From Candidatus Marinacidobacterales bacterium (GTDB lineage: Bacteria > Acidobacteriota > Vicinamibacteria > Marinacidobacterales > SMYC01): a DNA stretch of 64,000 nucleotides. Below the pieces are notes generated by a model. It had not been told where the DNA came from. It did no database searches and saw only the letters and a program-made list of their open reading frames with translations. The position numbers were made by a program, and so were the translations under genes. The stretch spans positions 2,176,001 through 2,240,000 of the forward strand of contig OZ250169.1 in NCBI GenBank assembly GCA_965237955.1, in the 5' to 3' direction. Within the stretch, counting starts at the first letter, position 1; each line of letters opens with the position of its first letter. Shown piece after piece: positions 1 through 8,971 of the stretch.

Positions 1-331
1 TGCCGACCTTGTCACCACGCGCGTTCCTCACCAGATAGTCGACGGCGCCCGAGAGATCTTTCTCCGTCTGCTCGATGTTGAGCGCCATCATCAGCTTTCC
101 CGCCTCGTCGGGTGATTTCGTGACCTCGCCGTGGTACAGGTCCGGCGCGAGTGCAACGTAACCCGCCGCGGCGAACCGGTCGGCGACGTTCTTGATGTGG
201 CCCACGAGGCCCCACCATTCTTGAAGGACGATGACTCCCGGACCTTCTCCGCTTTCGGGTTTCGTCAAATAGCCTGTAGTCTTGCCGCCGTTCGCGGCGA
301 ACTCGACGATCGCGCCGTTCAGTTCAGGCAT
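1..331 (-). CDS. dienelactone hydrolase family protein (5' part, runs off window)
   Basis: Manual translation from ATG at 331: MPELNGAIVEFAANGG...GVIVLQEWWGLVGHIKNVADRFAAAGYVALAPDLYHG, typical DLH motifs. Confidence 0.9.
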   Translation of the reverse strand, partial: MPELNGAIVEFAANGGKTTGYLTKPESGEGPGVIVLQEWWGLVGHIKNVADRFAAAGYVALAPDLYHGEVTKSPDEAGKLMMALNIEQTEKDLSGAVDYLVRNARGDKVG

Positions 332-417
332 GCCGAATTGTCCCGAAGACCGGGAGTGAAAGCAAGCCGATGGCCGATGGCTGGTGGCCGGTGGCGGGAT
401 CCTTGTAGAATGAACGC

Positions 418-1248
418 ATGCTCTTGAGCCGGGAAGAGATGACGTTCGATTTTCGCGACGCTCGGCTCGACCCGGTGCGCGACCGGGAGCTTCTTGTCTG
501 GATCTTCAATCAGTTCCTGTACGGCGAGGTCACCGGCATTCAAGTCGGTCATTGGCTCTATCGGGCTCCGACGCTCGACGCTGCCAACTTTCTCGCGCGC
601 CAGGCGGTCGAAGAGCTGCAACACGTCGACCGGTTCAACGAGATCCTCGGCCTGCTGTCGGCGAAGCCGGGAAAGTCCCACGCGGCGGTGCGCTTTCTGT
701 CGTCGGGAATGATGGGAGACGATTGGGCCGAGCACGTTTGCCTCGAGATGGCACTCGGCGAGGGCTATGTGTTGAACGTGCTCTACGCGCTCATCGACAC
801 ACTCGATCACGACGAGATTCGCGCCATTCTCGTGCGGGCGACACGGCAAGAGGAACGCCACGTCGCGTTCGGCGAGTCGGAGACGCGAAAAGCCATCCAC
901 GACGACCCACGGGTCAAAGGCCGTTTGCTCGGACTCTCTTTGTGGTCACTTCTCGGGATCGACGTTCTCGCGCTCTCTCTCGCACGCCGCTCGTCCGATA
1001 GTCATCCAGTCCTCGAGCAGTTCCCCGCGTTCTTGCAACACGTTCGCACGTCGACCGAGCTTCGCCTCGAGCGTTTGGAGATTCTGGAAAAACCGATTTC
1101 GGAGATGGGTTTTCTGCTCCGATCGGGTAAGATGGGGCTTGCTGCGGTCGGCCATTTGGCGAGGCGCCTGTGGCCAGGGCGGCGGCCGCGCTTGACGAAG
1201 ACGTACTTGGAAGATCGTCGCCTAGGTCCAAGCGGACTTTTTGACTAG
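418..1248 (+). CDS. ferritin-like (di-iron four-helix bundle) domain protein
   Basis: Paired E..ExxH motifs (GEVTG...EELQH; GEGY...EERH). Confidence 0.7.
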   Translation: MLLSREEMTFDFRDARLDPVRDRELLVWIFNQFLYGEVTGIQVGHWLYRAPTLDAANFLARQAVEELQHVDRFNEILGLLSAKPGKSHAAVRFLSSGMMGDDWAEHVCLEMALGEGYVLNVLYALIDTLDHDEIRAILVRATRQEERHVAFGESETRKAIHDDPRVKGRLLGLSLWSLLGIDVLALSLARRSSDSHPVLEQFPAFLQHVRTSTELRLERLEILEKPISEMGFLLRSGKMGLAAVGHLARRLWPGRRPRLTKTYLEDRRLGPSGLFD

Positions 1249-1274
1249 GAGCGGGCTGAACCAAGTTGGAAACG

Positions 1275-1550
1275 TCAAGCGGCGCAGATGAGCGTGGTCG
1301 TGCGGGTCACGCCACGGATGCCGCCAATAGTGCCCGCGACGGTGTGTGAGATGTCTCGCACTTCGTCCACGGCGAGCAGCGCGACGATGTCGTAAGGGCC
1401 GGTGACGGGGTCCACTGTTTGAACGGTGGGCATACGTCTGAGCGAACGAAGGATCGCTTCCACGCGTCCCGGTACGGTCTGGATGAGAACGTAAGCACGG
1501 ATCGCATGGGTTTGCGCCGTTTTGGTTTTGCCCTTTTGAGCTCGTGTCAT
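1275..1550 (-). CDS. Lrp/AsnC ligand-binding domain protein
   Basis: AYVLIQT...VTGPYDIVA...IRGVTRTTT motif; start taken at ATG 1550. Confidence 0.85.
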   Translation of the reverse strand: MTRAQKGKTKTAQTHAIRAYVLIQTVPGRVEAILRSLRRMPTVQTVDPVTGPYDIVALLAVDEVRDISHTVAGTIGGIRGVTRTTTLICAA

Positions 1551-1753
1551 GAGATACCCCTGCCGATTTGGCCTATTGGGCCTATTTGGTTTTGTCCCTT
1601 TCACAAGCGCTTGAAATCTGCTAACATGCGCAGTGAGAGTTTCATAAGGAACTCGAAGTCCCGGCCGTTCTGGCGGGACGCCCGTTGCGGCGCAACAGCT
1701 TCCTAATAATAGACGCTGATTGTCCGCAACAATCCAATGTAAGAAAAAGGTCT

Positions 1754-2911
1754 ATGAATCGTCAAAGCGCGGCTCCTACTGTAGCCGAAGGTGTGCTCGA
1801 ACTCGAACCTCAAGGGAACGGTCACCTCCGGCAAATCGATAAGAACTTCCTCCCCGGCCCCCAGGACGTTCGCGTCCCTAACCGGTTGATCAACAAGTAC
1901 TTCCTGAAAGAAGGCCAGTTCATCCAGGGGCCTTCCGGCATGGCCCGGCGCCGCAACAACCGGCGCGGGGGCCTGCCCCACCGGGAGCTCCAGGCTGTCG
2001 ACAGCGTCAACGGCTTCAAGCCGCAACAGCTCCCCGAAGTGCGCCCGTACTCCGAGCTCGTCAGCGAGCACCCGGACGACCGGCTGCGGCTCGCCCAAGA
2101 GCCGGAAGACCCGACCTCGATGCGGGTGTTCGACATGATCACGCCCATCGGCCGAGGCCAGCGTGGCCTCATCGTGGCTTCCCCCAAAACCGGCAAGACC
2201 ATCCTGCTCGAGCAGGTCGGGCAGGCCGTCGCCAAGTACTACCCCGAAAGCCACCTCTACATTCTTCTCATCGACGAACGCCCGGAAGAGGTCACCCACA
2301 TGAGGCGCTCGGTGAACGGTCAAGTGATCTCGTCGACGTCCGACAGCACCAGTGCCAACCACCTCCGCGTGGCTCGCCTCGTTCTCGAACGTTCCCGTCG
2401 TCTCGTCGAAATGGGCGAGGACGTCGTTATCCTGCTCGACTCCATCACCCGTTTGGGGCGCGCCTCAAACCGTGAGCAGAAAGGTCGCGGGAAAACGATG
2501 AGCGGCGGTATCGATTCCCGCGCACTCGAGTTCCCGCGTCAGTTCTTCGGGGCTGCCAGGAATGTCGAGAATGGCGGAAGCCTCACCATCCTCGGCACCG
2601 CTCTCGTCGACACCGGAAGCCAGATGGATGAAGTGATCTTCCAGGAGTTCAAGGGCACCGGCAACATGGAGCTCGTGCTCGACCGCAAGCTCGCGGAATC
2701 CCGTGTCTTTCCGTCCATCGACATCGCCCTCTCGGGGACACGCCGCGAAGAGCTGCTCCTCGATGCAGAAGAGCTTCCGAAAGTCCACCTGCTGAGGCGT
2801 GCTCTCGCGGGATTGAAACCCACGGAAGCGATGACCCTTCTTCTCGACAAGATGGGGAAGACGAAGAGCAACAAAGAGCTTCTCGATCAAATTAAGATCA
2901 AGTCGGTTTAG
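1754..2911 (+). CDS. rho: transcription termination factor Rho (short form)
   Basis: PIGRGQRGLIV, PKTGKT, LIDERPEEVT, LLDSITRL, FKGTGNMEL, SGTRREELLL. Confidence 0.95.
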   Translation: MNRQSAAPTVAEGVLELEPQGNGHLRQIDKNFLPGPQDVRVPNRLINKYFLKEGQFIQGPSGMARRRNNRRGGLPHRELQAVDSVNGFKPQQLPEVRPYSELVSEHPDDRLRLAQEPEDPTSMRVFDMITPIGRGQRGLIVASPKTGKTILLEQVGQAVAKYYPESHLYILLIDERPEEVTHMRRSVNGQVISSTSDSTSANHLRVARLVLERSRRLVEMGEDVVILLDSITRLGRASNREQKGRGKTMSGGIDSRALEFPRQFFGAARNVENGGSLTILGTALVDTGSQMDEVIFQEFKGTGNMELVLDRKLAESRVFPSIDIALSGTRREELLLDAEELPKVHLLRRALAGLKPTEAMTLLLDKMGKTKSNKELLDQIKIKSV

Positions 2912-2957
2912 CTTCCCGTCAACCGCCACTTGTTGGGTTTTGAGAAACCGGGAAGCA

Positions 2958-2993
2958 CCCCTACCCAGGCCCTCTCCCCTACAGGGGAGAGGG
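2958..2993. repeat. REP-like palindrome (CCCTCTCCC...GGGAGAGGG family)
   Basis: Hairpin CCCTCTCCCCT-AC-AGGGGAGAGGG between convergent genes; second copy at 30184-30220. Confidence 0.65.
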
Positions 2994-3112
2994 ATTAGCG
3001 GTTCGTACCCACTTCGTTGGTACGGCTTCCTCAGCTCCTTCTTCCCAGGAATATTCTCAGCACGTACCATCAGCACATCGTCGGCGTAGTGTAGCGCATA
3101 GCCGCTATGGGA

Positions 3113-3805
3113 TCAGGTCGTCATCCGTTTTACTTGGGCGGGGGCGACGCCTTTGTCGTCGTGTTTGGCGTAGAGGTAGATGTCTTCGGCCTCGTTCGAG
3201 GCTCGGCTCAAGAGCGTGCGCACCGTCTCGATTTCGTCGTCCGTGTAGGGTGGAGCGTTGCGGAGTCGCACGTAGAGAAACGGTGCCGTGTGCACGATTT
3301 CGCTAGCGCCGATCGCAAACTCGGCGGCGCAAAGGGCCACGCCAGCTTCTTTCAGGCGGTCGACAACGGCAGGCTCGTTCCACGAGTCGTGGCGGAACTC
3401 CATGGCGTATCGGTGACCTTGGGGAAGCTCTTGCAGGAAAGTCTCGAGACGCTCGAGGTCCAGCTTGAAAAACGGCGGCAGCTGGAAGAGCAGCACCCCC
3501 AGACGCGGACCGAGCGGTATGAGATTGTCGAGAAAGTCCGATACCGACTGCGCCACGTTTTTGAGCCTGTACCTGTGGGTGATGCTCTGATGCATTTTGA
3601 ACGAGAGCTTGAAGCTCTCGGGCATTTTCTCGGCCCAGGTTTCAATGACTTCGAGACGGGGGAACCGTCGAAAGGTGTGGTTGATCTCGACGCTCGTCAA
3701 CTGCGTCGCGTAATACGAAAGAAACTCTTTTGCAGGTGTTTTCGGAGGGTAGAACTCCCCCACCCATTCCTTGAAGCTATAGCCTGAACAGCCCGCGTAG
3801 ATCAC
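3113..3805 (-). CDS. DUF72 domain protein
   Basis: GCSGYSFKEW, VEINHTF, LFQLPP, EFRHDSW; GTG start overlaps the upstream stop (GTGA). Confidence 0.9.
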   Translation of the reverse strand: MIYAGCSGYSFKEWVGEFYPPKTPAKEFLSYYATQLTSVEINHTFRRFPRLEVIETWAEKMPESFKLSFKMHQSITHRYRLKNVAQSVSDFLDNLIPLGPRLGVLLFQLPPFFKLDLERLETFLQELPQGHRYAMEFRHDSWNEPAVVDRLKEAGVALCAAEFAIGASEIVHTAPFLYVRLRNAPPYTDDEIETVRTLLSRASNEAEDIYLYAKHDDKGVAPAQVKRMTT

Positions 3806-4485
3806 GTGACGTCGGCGACCCAACGGAAGCCGAAGTCGGCGTAATGGAACGTCGGAGGCAAGCTGGCACGCGCGGAGCACGGCGTCACCACGGTCTGATG
3901 CCGCCACGATCCCCCGCGCGCGGCGCGGCGACTCCCTCCGAATGCACACGGGTTTCGATCCGGAGACACGCTGTAGAAGTCTTCATGATAAGCGTCGAGG
4001 CACCACTCGTGCACCGTGTCCGCCAAGTTGTAGAGGCCATAGCCGTTCGCTGGCGTCGAGGCGACACGATCCGGTCCGTCGAGTGGTCCATGGACGCGCG
4101 CGTGGCCACCACCGTCGATGTCGTCGCCCCATGGAAACAGTTGGCCAACGGCCCCGCCGCGCGCGGCTTTCTCGCGTTCCGCTTCCGTGGGCAATCGAAC
4201 GCCGAGCCCTCTCGCCTCGGAGAGCCAATCGCAGAACGAACGAGCCTGATCCCAGTTTACACCGACGACAGGTTGGTCGTCCGCGTCGAAGGCAGGCTCG
4301 TCGAGCCACGGCGGCGGCTCGTCACCGGTGTCGGTTAGATAGCGCCGATACGCCGCATTCGTGACCGGAGTCACGGCCATTGCGAAAGCGGCGACGAAGA
4401 CGCGGTGCACCGGCCCTTCGTTGTCACCACGGCCGGACGATCCCATGAGGAAGGTGCCCTCAGGGACGAGAGCCCGCTCGAGCAC
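3802..4485 (-). CDS. formylglycine-generating enzyme (FGE/SUMF1) family protein
   Basis: FLMGS, PVTNAAY, PVVGVNW, RLPTEAE, NGYGLYN, RGGSW, GFR. Confidence 0.9.
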   Translation of the reverse strand: MLERALVPEGTFLMGSSGRGDNEGPVHRVFVAAFAMAVTPVTNAAYRRYLTDTGDEPPPWLDEPAFDADDQPVVGVNWDQARSFCDWLSEARGLGVRLPTEAEREKAARGGAVGQLFPWGDDIDGGGHARVHGPLDGPDRVASTPANGYGLYNLADTVHEWCLDAYHEDFYSVSPDRNPCAFGGSRRAARGGSWRHQTVVTPCSARASLPPTFHYADFGFRWVADVT

Positions 4486-4493
4486 TAGCCTAG

Positions 4494-4928
4494 CTACTTG
4501 AACAGATCGTCGAACGCGCTGCGCGCGTCTTCGGCGGTATTCGCCCTGCGGCCGGTCGCGTCGAGCGCTAGCACCGGCTTGAACAGTGCGCACTCGTTCG
4601 CAGCCCACTTGTCCACGATCCGCTCATCGATCTTCTCGCGGCACTGAAACCGCGCATCGGGATCGAACTGCTTGCAGTGTCTGCAAGAGTGAAGAGGTGT
4701 CTCGCACTTGGCGCACGTGGTCGTGTGATCTACATCGAGCTGGCTCGCGGGAACCTGGTGGCCGCACTTCCCGCATCGCGTGACGATGACGGTCTCCCGG
4801 TCGATGGCATGCCGCAACGATCGGGTCTGCTCGCGATTACCGAGGTCCGGCGGGCGTTCGGTCCGCCGCTTCTCACGGCGTTCCTCGTCGTACTCGTCGT
4901 TCCGGTAACCTCGTTGGCGATACTTCAT
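4494..4928 (-). CDS. hypothetical zinc-ribbon protein
   Basis: Three CxxC pairs plus two further Cys; GGAGG RBS upstream. Confidence 0.75.
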   Translation of the reverse strand: MKYRQRGYRNDEYDEERREKRRTERPPDLGNREQTRSLRHAIDRETVIVTRCGKCGHQVPASQLDVDHTTTCAKCETPLHSCRHCKQFDPDARFQCREKIDERIVDKWAANECALFKPVLALDATGRRANTAEDARSAFDDLFK

Positions 4929-5096
4929 AGAGGTTTTCCTCCTCCAACCGCAAAGGCCCTCGCCTCTTGAGACGGTAGGATTAGAGAGATGACTTCCTTC
5001 AGGGGGGAGAGCCCGGCGCGCGACCCTAAGGCTTTCACTAAGATACCGAAGTCAACCCCAAGATAGCACGTTCTGTCAAGCAAATTCCATCGCTAA

Positions 5097-5275
5097 GTGG
5101 ACCTCGGCGTAGGTCGACCCCGTGCCCGCTTCACCCCCCGGAGACTCGACAACGAGCGACGGCTGCCAGGCACACGGAGCTCTCGTGGTCGCATTGCTTC
5201 ATTGGGTCAGTTGATCGGGCACGGGCACCGCACACCGGCTCGGACACGGGACCAACCTACATCGAGTCGAGCCAC
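5097..5275 (-). ncRNA. candidate structured RNA (unidentified, possibly 6S-like)
   Basis: 5241-5266 and 5103-5128 pair at 25 of 26 positions on the minus strand using G-U pairs; internal 10-bp stem. Confidence 0.4.
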
Positions 5276-6453
5276 TACAGGGTCGCAAGGGCCTGATCGA
5301 GGTCGGCGATGAGATCTTCGGCATCCTCGATACCGAGCGCGAGGCGGATGAGGCCGTCCCCAATGCCCGCTTTCTCTCTGTCTTCGCGGGAAAGCATTGC
5401 ATGCGACGTCAGGCACGGGATCGAGATCAGCGACTCGACACCTCCCAGACTCGGCGCGACCCGTACGATCGAAAGCGCGTTCGCGACTTGCTTCGCTGGT
5501 TCGATGCCACCATCGACCTCGAAGCTCACCACGCCTCCGCCGCCACGCATTTGCCGGAGCGCAAGCTCATGTTGAGGATGCGATTCGAGCATCGGGTAGT
5601 AGACCGCCCGCACGTTCTCGTGCCCTTCGAGGAAACGGCTTACGACAACGCCGTTGTCGTTGTGGCGTCCGACCCGAAGTCCCAAAGACTTCATCCCGCG
5701 GATCAAGAGGTAGCTCGCGTGCGGGTCGAGGATGCCGCCGAGCACCCGCATGAACGATTTCACGCAATCGACGAGCTCGCGCGATCCGGTGACGACGCCC
5801 CCGAGCAAATCTGAATGGCCGCCCAAGTACTTCGTAGCGGAGTGCAGGACGCCGTCGACGCCGAGCGTGTGCGGCTGGGTGTTGAGCGGAGTGGCGAACG
5901 TCGAATCAATGAGTGAGACGATGCCTCGTGGTCTCGCTACCGACGTGACGCGCTCGATATCCACGAGCTTCAACGTCGGGTTCGTCGGTGATTCTACGTA
6001 CACCACTTTGGTGTTGTCTCGAATCGCGCTTTCGAAGCCGGAGACATCGGTGGCCTCGAACCAGCTGACGTCGACGCCGTAGCGCGGAAGGAGCTCGTAG
6101 GCGAATCGATGGACTCCGCCGTAAACCTCGCGCTGAAAGACCGCGTGGTCGCCCCGCTGCAAGTGCGCGAGAAGCGTCGTGGTAATGGCGGCCATCCCCG
6201 AGCCGAACACGGCGGCCGATTCTGCTCCTTCGAGCTCGGCGACGGTGCGCTCGGCAATCGTGAGGGTAGGATTGCCGTAGCGGGTGTAGAACATATCGGC
6301 TTTCGCCTCTTCGATGGCAACTTGCTCGTCGACGTCTTTCGATTCGAACGTCGCGGACAAATGGATGGGCGGGACGACGGGTCGATTCTCGCGCGGTCCA
6401 CTCGCGCCTGAATGGATGGCTCGTGTCGACAGGCTCAGATCTTCGCGGTTCAT
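5275..6453 (-). CDS. cystathionine gamma-synthase/lyase family PLP enzyme
   Basis: YTRYGNPT, GSGMAAI, ESPTNP, HSATKYLGGHSD, SLGGVES. Confidence 0.92.
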   Translation of the reverse strand: MNREDLSLSTRAIHSGASGPRENRPVVPPIHLSATFESKDVDEQVAIEEAKADMFYTRYGNPTLTIAERTVAELEGAESAAVFGSGMAAITTTLLAHLQRGDHAVFQREVYGGVHRFAYELLPRYGVDVSWFEATDVSGFESAIRDNTKVVYVESPTNPTLKLVDIERVTSVARPRGIVSLIDSTFATPLNTQPHTLGVDGVLHSATKYLGGHSDLLGGVVTGSRELVDCVKSFMRVLGGILDPHASYLLIRGMKSLGLRVGRHNDNGVVVSRFLEGHENVRAVYYPMLESHPQHELALRQMRGGGGVVSFEVDGGIEPAKQVANALSIVRVAPSLGGVESLISIPCLTSHAMLSREDREKAGIGDGLIRLALGIEDAEDLIADLDQALATL

Positions 6454-6454
6454 G

Positions 6455-7268
6455 TCATTTCCTCTTGGGTTGGCACTCAGGGCAATAGTAGCTGGATCGC
6501 CCCCCTTGGACGAGTTTTGCAATCGACGCACCACATCGCGGGCACGGCTCATCCGCGTGCCCGTACACCCGGACCCGGTTCGCTTCGCCCTGCTGTAGAT
6601 ACCTGAGGTTTTCCGAGCGCGATCGCGCGATCTCAGCCCGGAGCTCGCGGCGGATGTAGCGGGCGAGGAGCACGCTTTCTTCTCGTGTCAGTCCGGACGC
6701 GCTTCGCTCCGGATGGATACCGGCGAGAAAAAGAGCTTCGGCGGCATGGCTGTTTCCAATCCCCGCGATGCGTTTCTGATCCATGAGAAAAATCTTGATC
6801 GGACGCGCGGACTTTTGCACGAGCTCGTAAAGGCGAGCGGGTGTGAACTCACGCTCCAGAGGCTCCACTCCGAGCGCGTCGAGGCGCTTTTTTTCCTTTT
6901 CCGTAACGAGGCGAAACTCCCCGAGCCGTCGTCGGTCGAGAAAAGCAATGCGCTCGCCGCGAGACAGCTCGAGCGTCGCGCGGGTGAACTTGGGGAGCTC
7001 TGCCTTTTTAGTCACGCGCGCGAACGTCCCCGTCATCCCCAAGTGCACGAGCACCGCCGAACGCGCTCGTCCCAGATCAAAAACGAGGAACTTGCCGCGT
7101 CTTTCGACCCCGCGGACTCTCGCGCCCTCGAGCCCGGCTTCCACCTTGCGGCGAGATTGCCTGCCACGTAGCAGCGCGTCGGGAACGCTGGCGCGTTGTA
7201 TGCGACGTCCCTTTCAACCAGCGTTCGAGGTTTTCTCGCCAGATTTCTACTTCCGGTAATTCTGGCAT
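6455..7268 (-). CDS. mutM: formamidopyrimidine-DNA glycosylase, frameshifted near 7212 (pseudogene or sequencing error)
   Basis: MPELPEVE start in one frame; RRGKFL, HLGMTG, AGIGN and C-terminal zinc finger in another; one extra A in the TTGAAAGGG run. Confidence 0.85.
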
Positions 7269-7289
7269 TTCGGTAGCCTAGCTTACCGG

Positions 7290-7450
7290 GTGAACCAATT
7301 GCGACGACCGGCCGCAGCGCAGTTACTACGTCTACGTTTGCGCCGAATCCGACGATACCGTGCACAAACTACGTTTCGGACCGAGCGGCTTCGATGAGGT
7401 CAAATCGATCTCGGTGGGCGCGTTCCCCGCGGACACCGAGGGTCCTGGTA
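7290..7450 (+). pseudogene. N-terminal fragment of a YncE-like beta-propeller protein
   Basis: Manual translation YYVYVCAESDDTVHKLRFGPSGFDEVKSISVGAFPADTEGP, then abrupt loss of similarity. Confidence 0.45.
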
Positions 7451-7524
7451 GAACGTTAAACGAACGGGTTCGACTCGCGTGAAAGTCCTCGGGGCGGAGT
7501 CCAGGTGAGCTTAGGCGGCGAGTC

Positions 7525-7650
7525 AGGCAATATCGGTGATGGAGGCCACCTACCTTCGGAATGGCAATCACTTTGCGCCTGGCGGGGGGATTCACCGGCC
7601 TAGAATCGGGCGCATCCTTCTCGAGCGACAAGTGCGTCCGGCAAGAATGA
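7525..7650 (-). mobile_element. C-terminal remnant of an integrase-core (rve) transposase
   Basis: RTHLSLEKDAPDSRPV...IAIPKVGGLHHRY tail. Confidence 0.7.
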
Positions 7651-7697
7651 GTCGACGTATTCTCTCAGGATTCGCCTCAGGTGCCGCTTGCCCAAGG

Positions 7698-8196
7698 ATA
7701 ATTATGGGACTTATACCTAATGGCTCGACACGCGCCCGCCGCTTCCGGTGGGCGGCGAGGCTGGATTTGGCATGGCGCTTGCGCTTGCGCTTCCGCTCGT
7801 CGTCACCGTCCTGCGGCTTAGGTTTGATTTTTTTGGTGCGTGGTAGCGGGCGTTTTCTAAGCAAGTCGTTTATTTACAACGGCTTATGTACACGGTGTGG
7901 ATCGTAATAAGTCATCGTGTCTCCCGTTGGGAGACAGCCGGACGAGCCCGGCCTCGGTGAGTTCGGGCGCTGTGGGCTGCGCCAGCAGCCCAGCCATGTA
8001 GCGGCGGCGGATTTCCCTGTTTCCTAGTCCCCTGTATCAGAACAAACTAGATAAAGCAGAGCTTGCCGAAACCATTCTAAGTGCATGAATCTTATGAATC
8101 TTATGGGCTGGCGAAAAGCCTAACTTTGTATAGTAATCCTAACTTTGTATAGTAATCAAAGATCCAGGGGACTAGCGGTATAAGTCCCATAATTAT
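7698..8196. repeat. perfect 20-bp inverted repeat bounding an ~500-bp segment
   Basis: ATAATTATGGGACTTATACC at 7698-7717 and GGTATAAGTCCCATAATTAT at 8177-8196. Confidence 0.8.
8024..8175. mobile_element. MITE-like mini element with CTAG-ended inverted repeats
   Basis: CTAGTCCCCTGTATC ... GATCCAGGGGACTAG (14/15 match); AT-rich interior with 9-bp and 19-bp tandem duplications. Confidence 0.55.
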
Positions 8197-8293
8197 GTGG
8201 TCGAGACACTCACGACGAATCGATCCGATGAGCCTTTCGACGAACGGGTTTGCCACGGCGACCCTCCTCTATCGTCTGCCTCCCTGCCGCCGG

Positions 8294-8830
8294 CTACCGT
8301 TTACGGTTCTTGAGCACCTCTGCAAGCTGCTTCGGGGTGTGGCTGTTCGCGAGACGCTGTAGCTGGTCGATGGAAGAGGGATTGTCCCGCTCGTGGCGGC
8401 GCTTGTCTTCCTGCGCCCGGTCTCGTTCAATGTTGCGCTCAAGCTCCTTGACCTGCCGCAAGAGATCCAGACGGCTGACCCTGCCAATGAGCTTGCCTCG
8501 CTCCAGGACTGGCAGTATCGGAAAGTTCGTTTCGAGGAAGGCGGCGGCGACGCGGAACAGATCCATATCCGCCGTGAGCGTGACTTTTACCGACGACATG
8601 TAGTCGCTGACCCTGCCGCCGGCCAGCTCCCCATAGGCGGAGTTGGAAAGCAGGCGTAAGCAATCTTTTTCAGTGAGTATCCCGACCAGCTCCTCCTCGT
8701 CGTTGAGGACCGGGGCACCCTGGGCGCGCTTGCGCACCAGGACGTCGACGGCCGCGAGGAGATCCTCCTCCGGTCGTAGAACAATGAAGTAAGGGGACAA
8801 GGCGTCACGGGCAGTCGGAATTTGGATCAT
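8294..8830 (-). CDS. CBS domain pair protein
   Basis: GAPVL...LVGILTEKDCL and LPVLERGKLIGRVSRLDLL. Confidence 0.85.
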   Translation of the reverse strand: MIQIPTARDALSPYFIVLRPEEDLLAAVDVLVRKRAQGAPVLNDEEELVGILTEKDCLRLLSNSAYGELAGGRVSDYMSSVKVTLTADMDLFRVAAAFLETNFPILPVLERGKLIGRVSRLDLLRQVKELERNIERDRAQEDKRRHERDNPSSIDQLQRLANSHTPKQLAEVLKNRKR

Positions 8831-8971
8831 CTCGACCCTCCCTCGGCTCCAACGGTTTCCCTTGAGCCGAACTGCTGGGGCCAATTAGTATATCAAGTTC
8901 CCGGGCCAGCGGTTGACAAGGGGTCCCGAAAAAGCCTAGAAACAGGGCACGTTTTTTTCTCGGGGGTCCAG

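Noticed and set aside
366-395. Short 7-9-bp tandem repeats here and at about 1562, 15890, 37174 and 61065
   Set aside because: Low-copy simple repeats with no evidence of function
5215-5245. Resemblance to group II intron domain V (GAGCCGGTGTGCGG)
   Set aside because: The domain V stem does not close properly; no domain VI or reverse transcriptase
8119-8157. AACTTTGTATAG resembles lambda/Gateway att cores
   Set aside because: Short partial match inside a local tandem duplication; no integrase or vector sequence nearby
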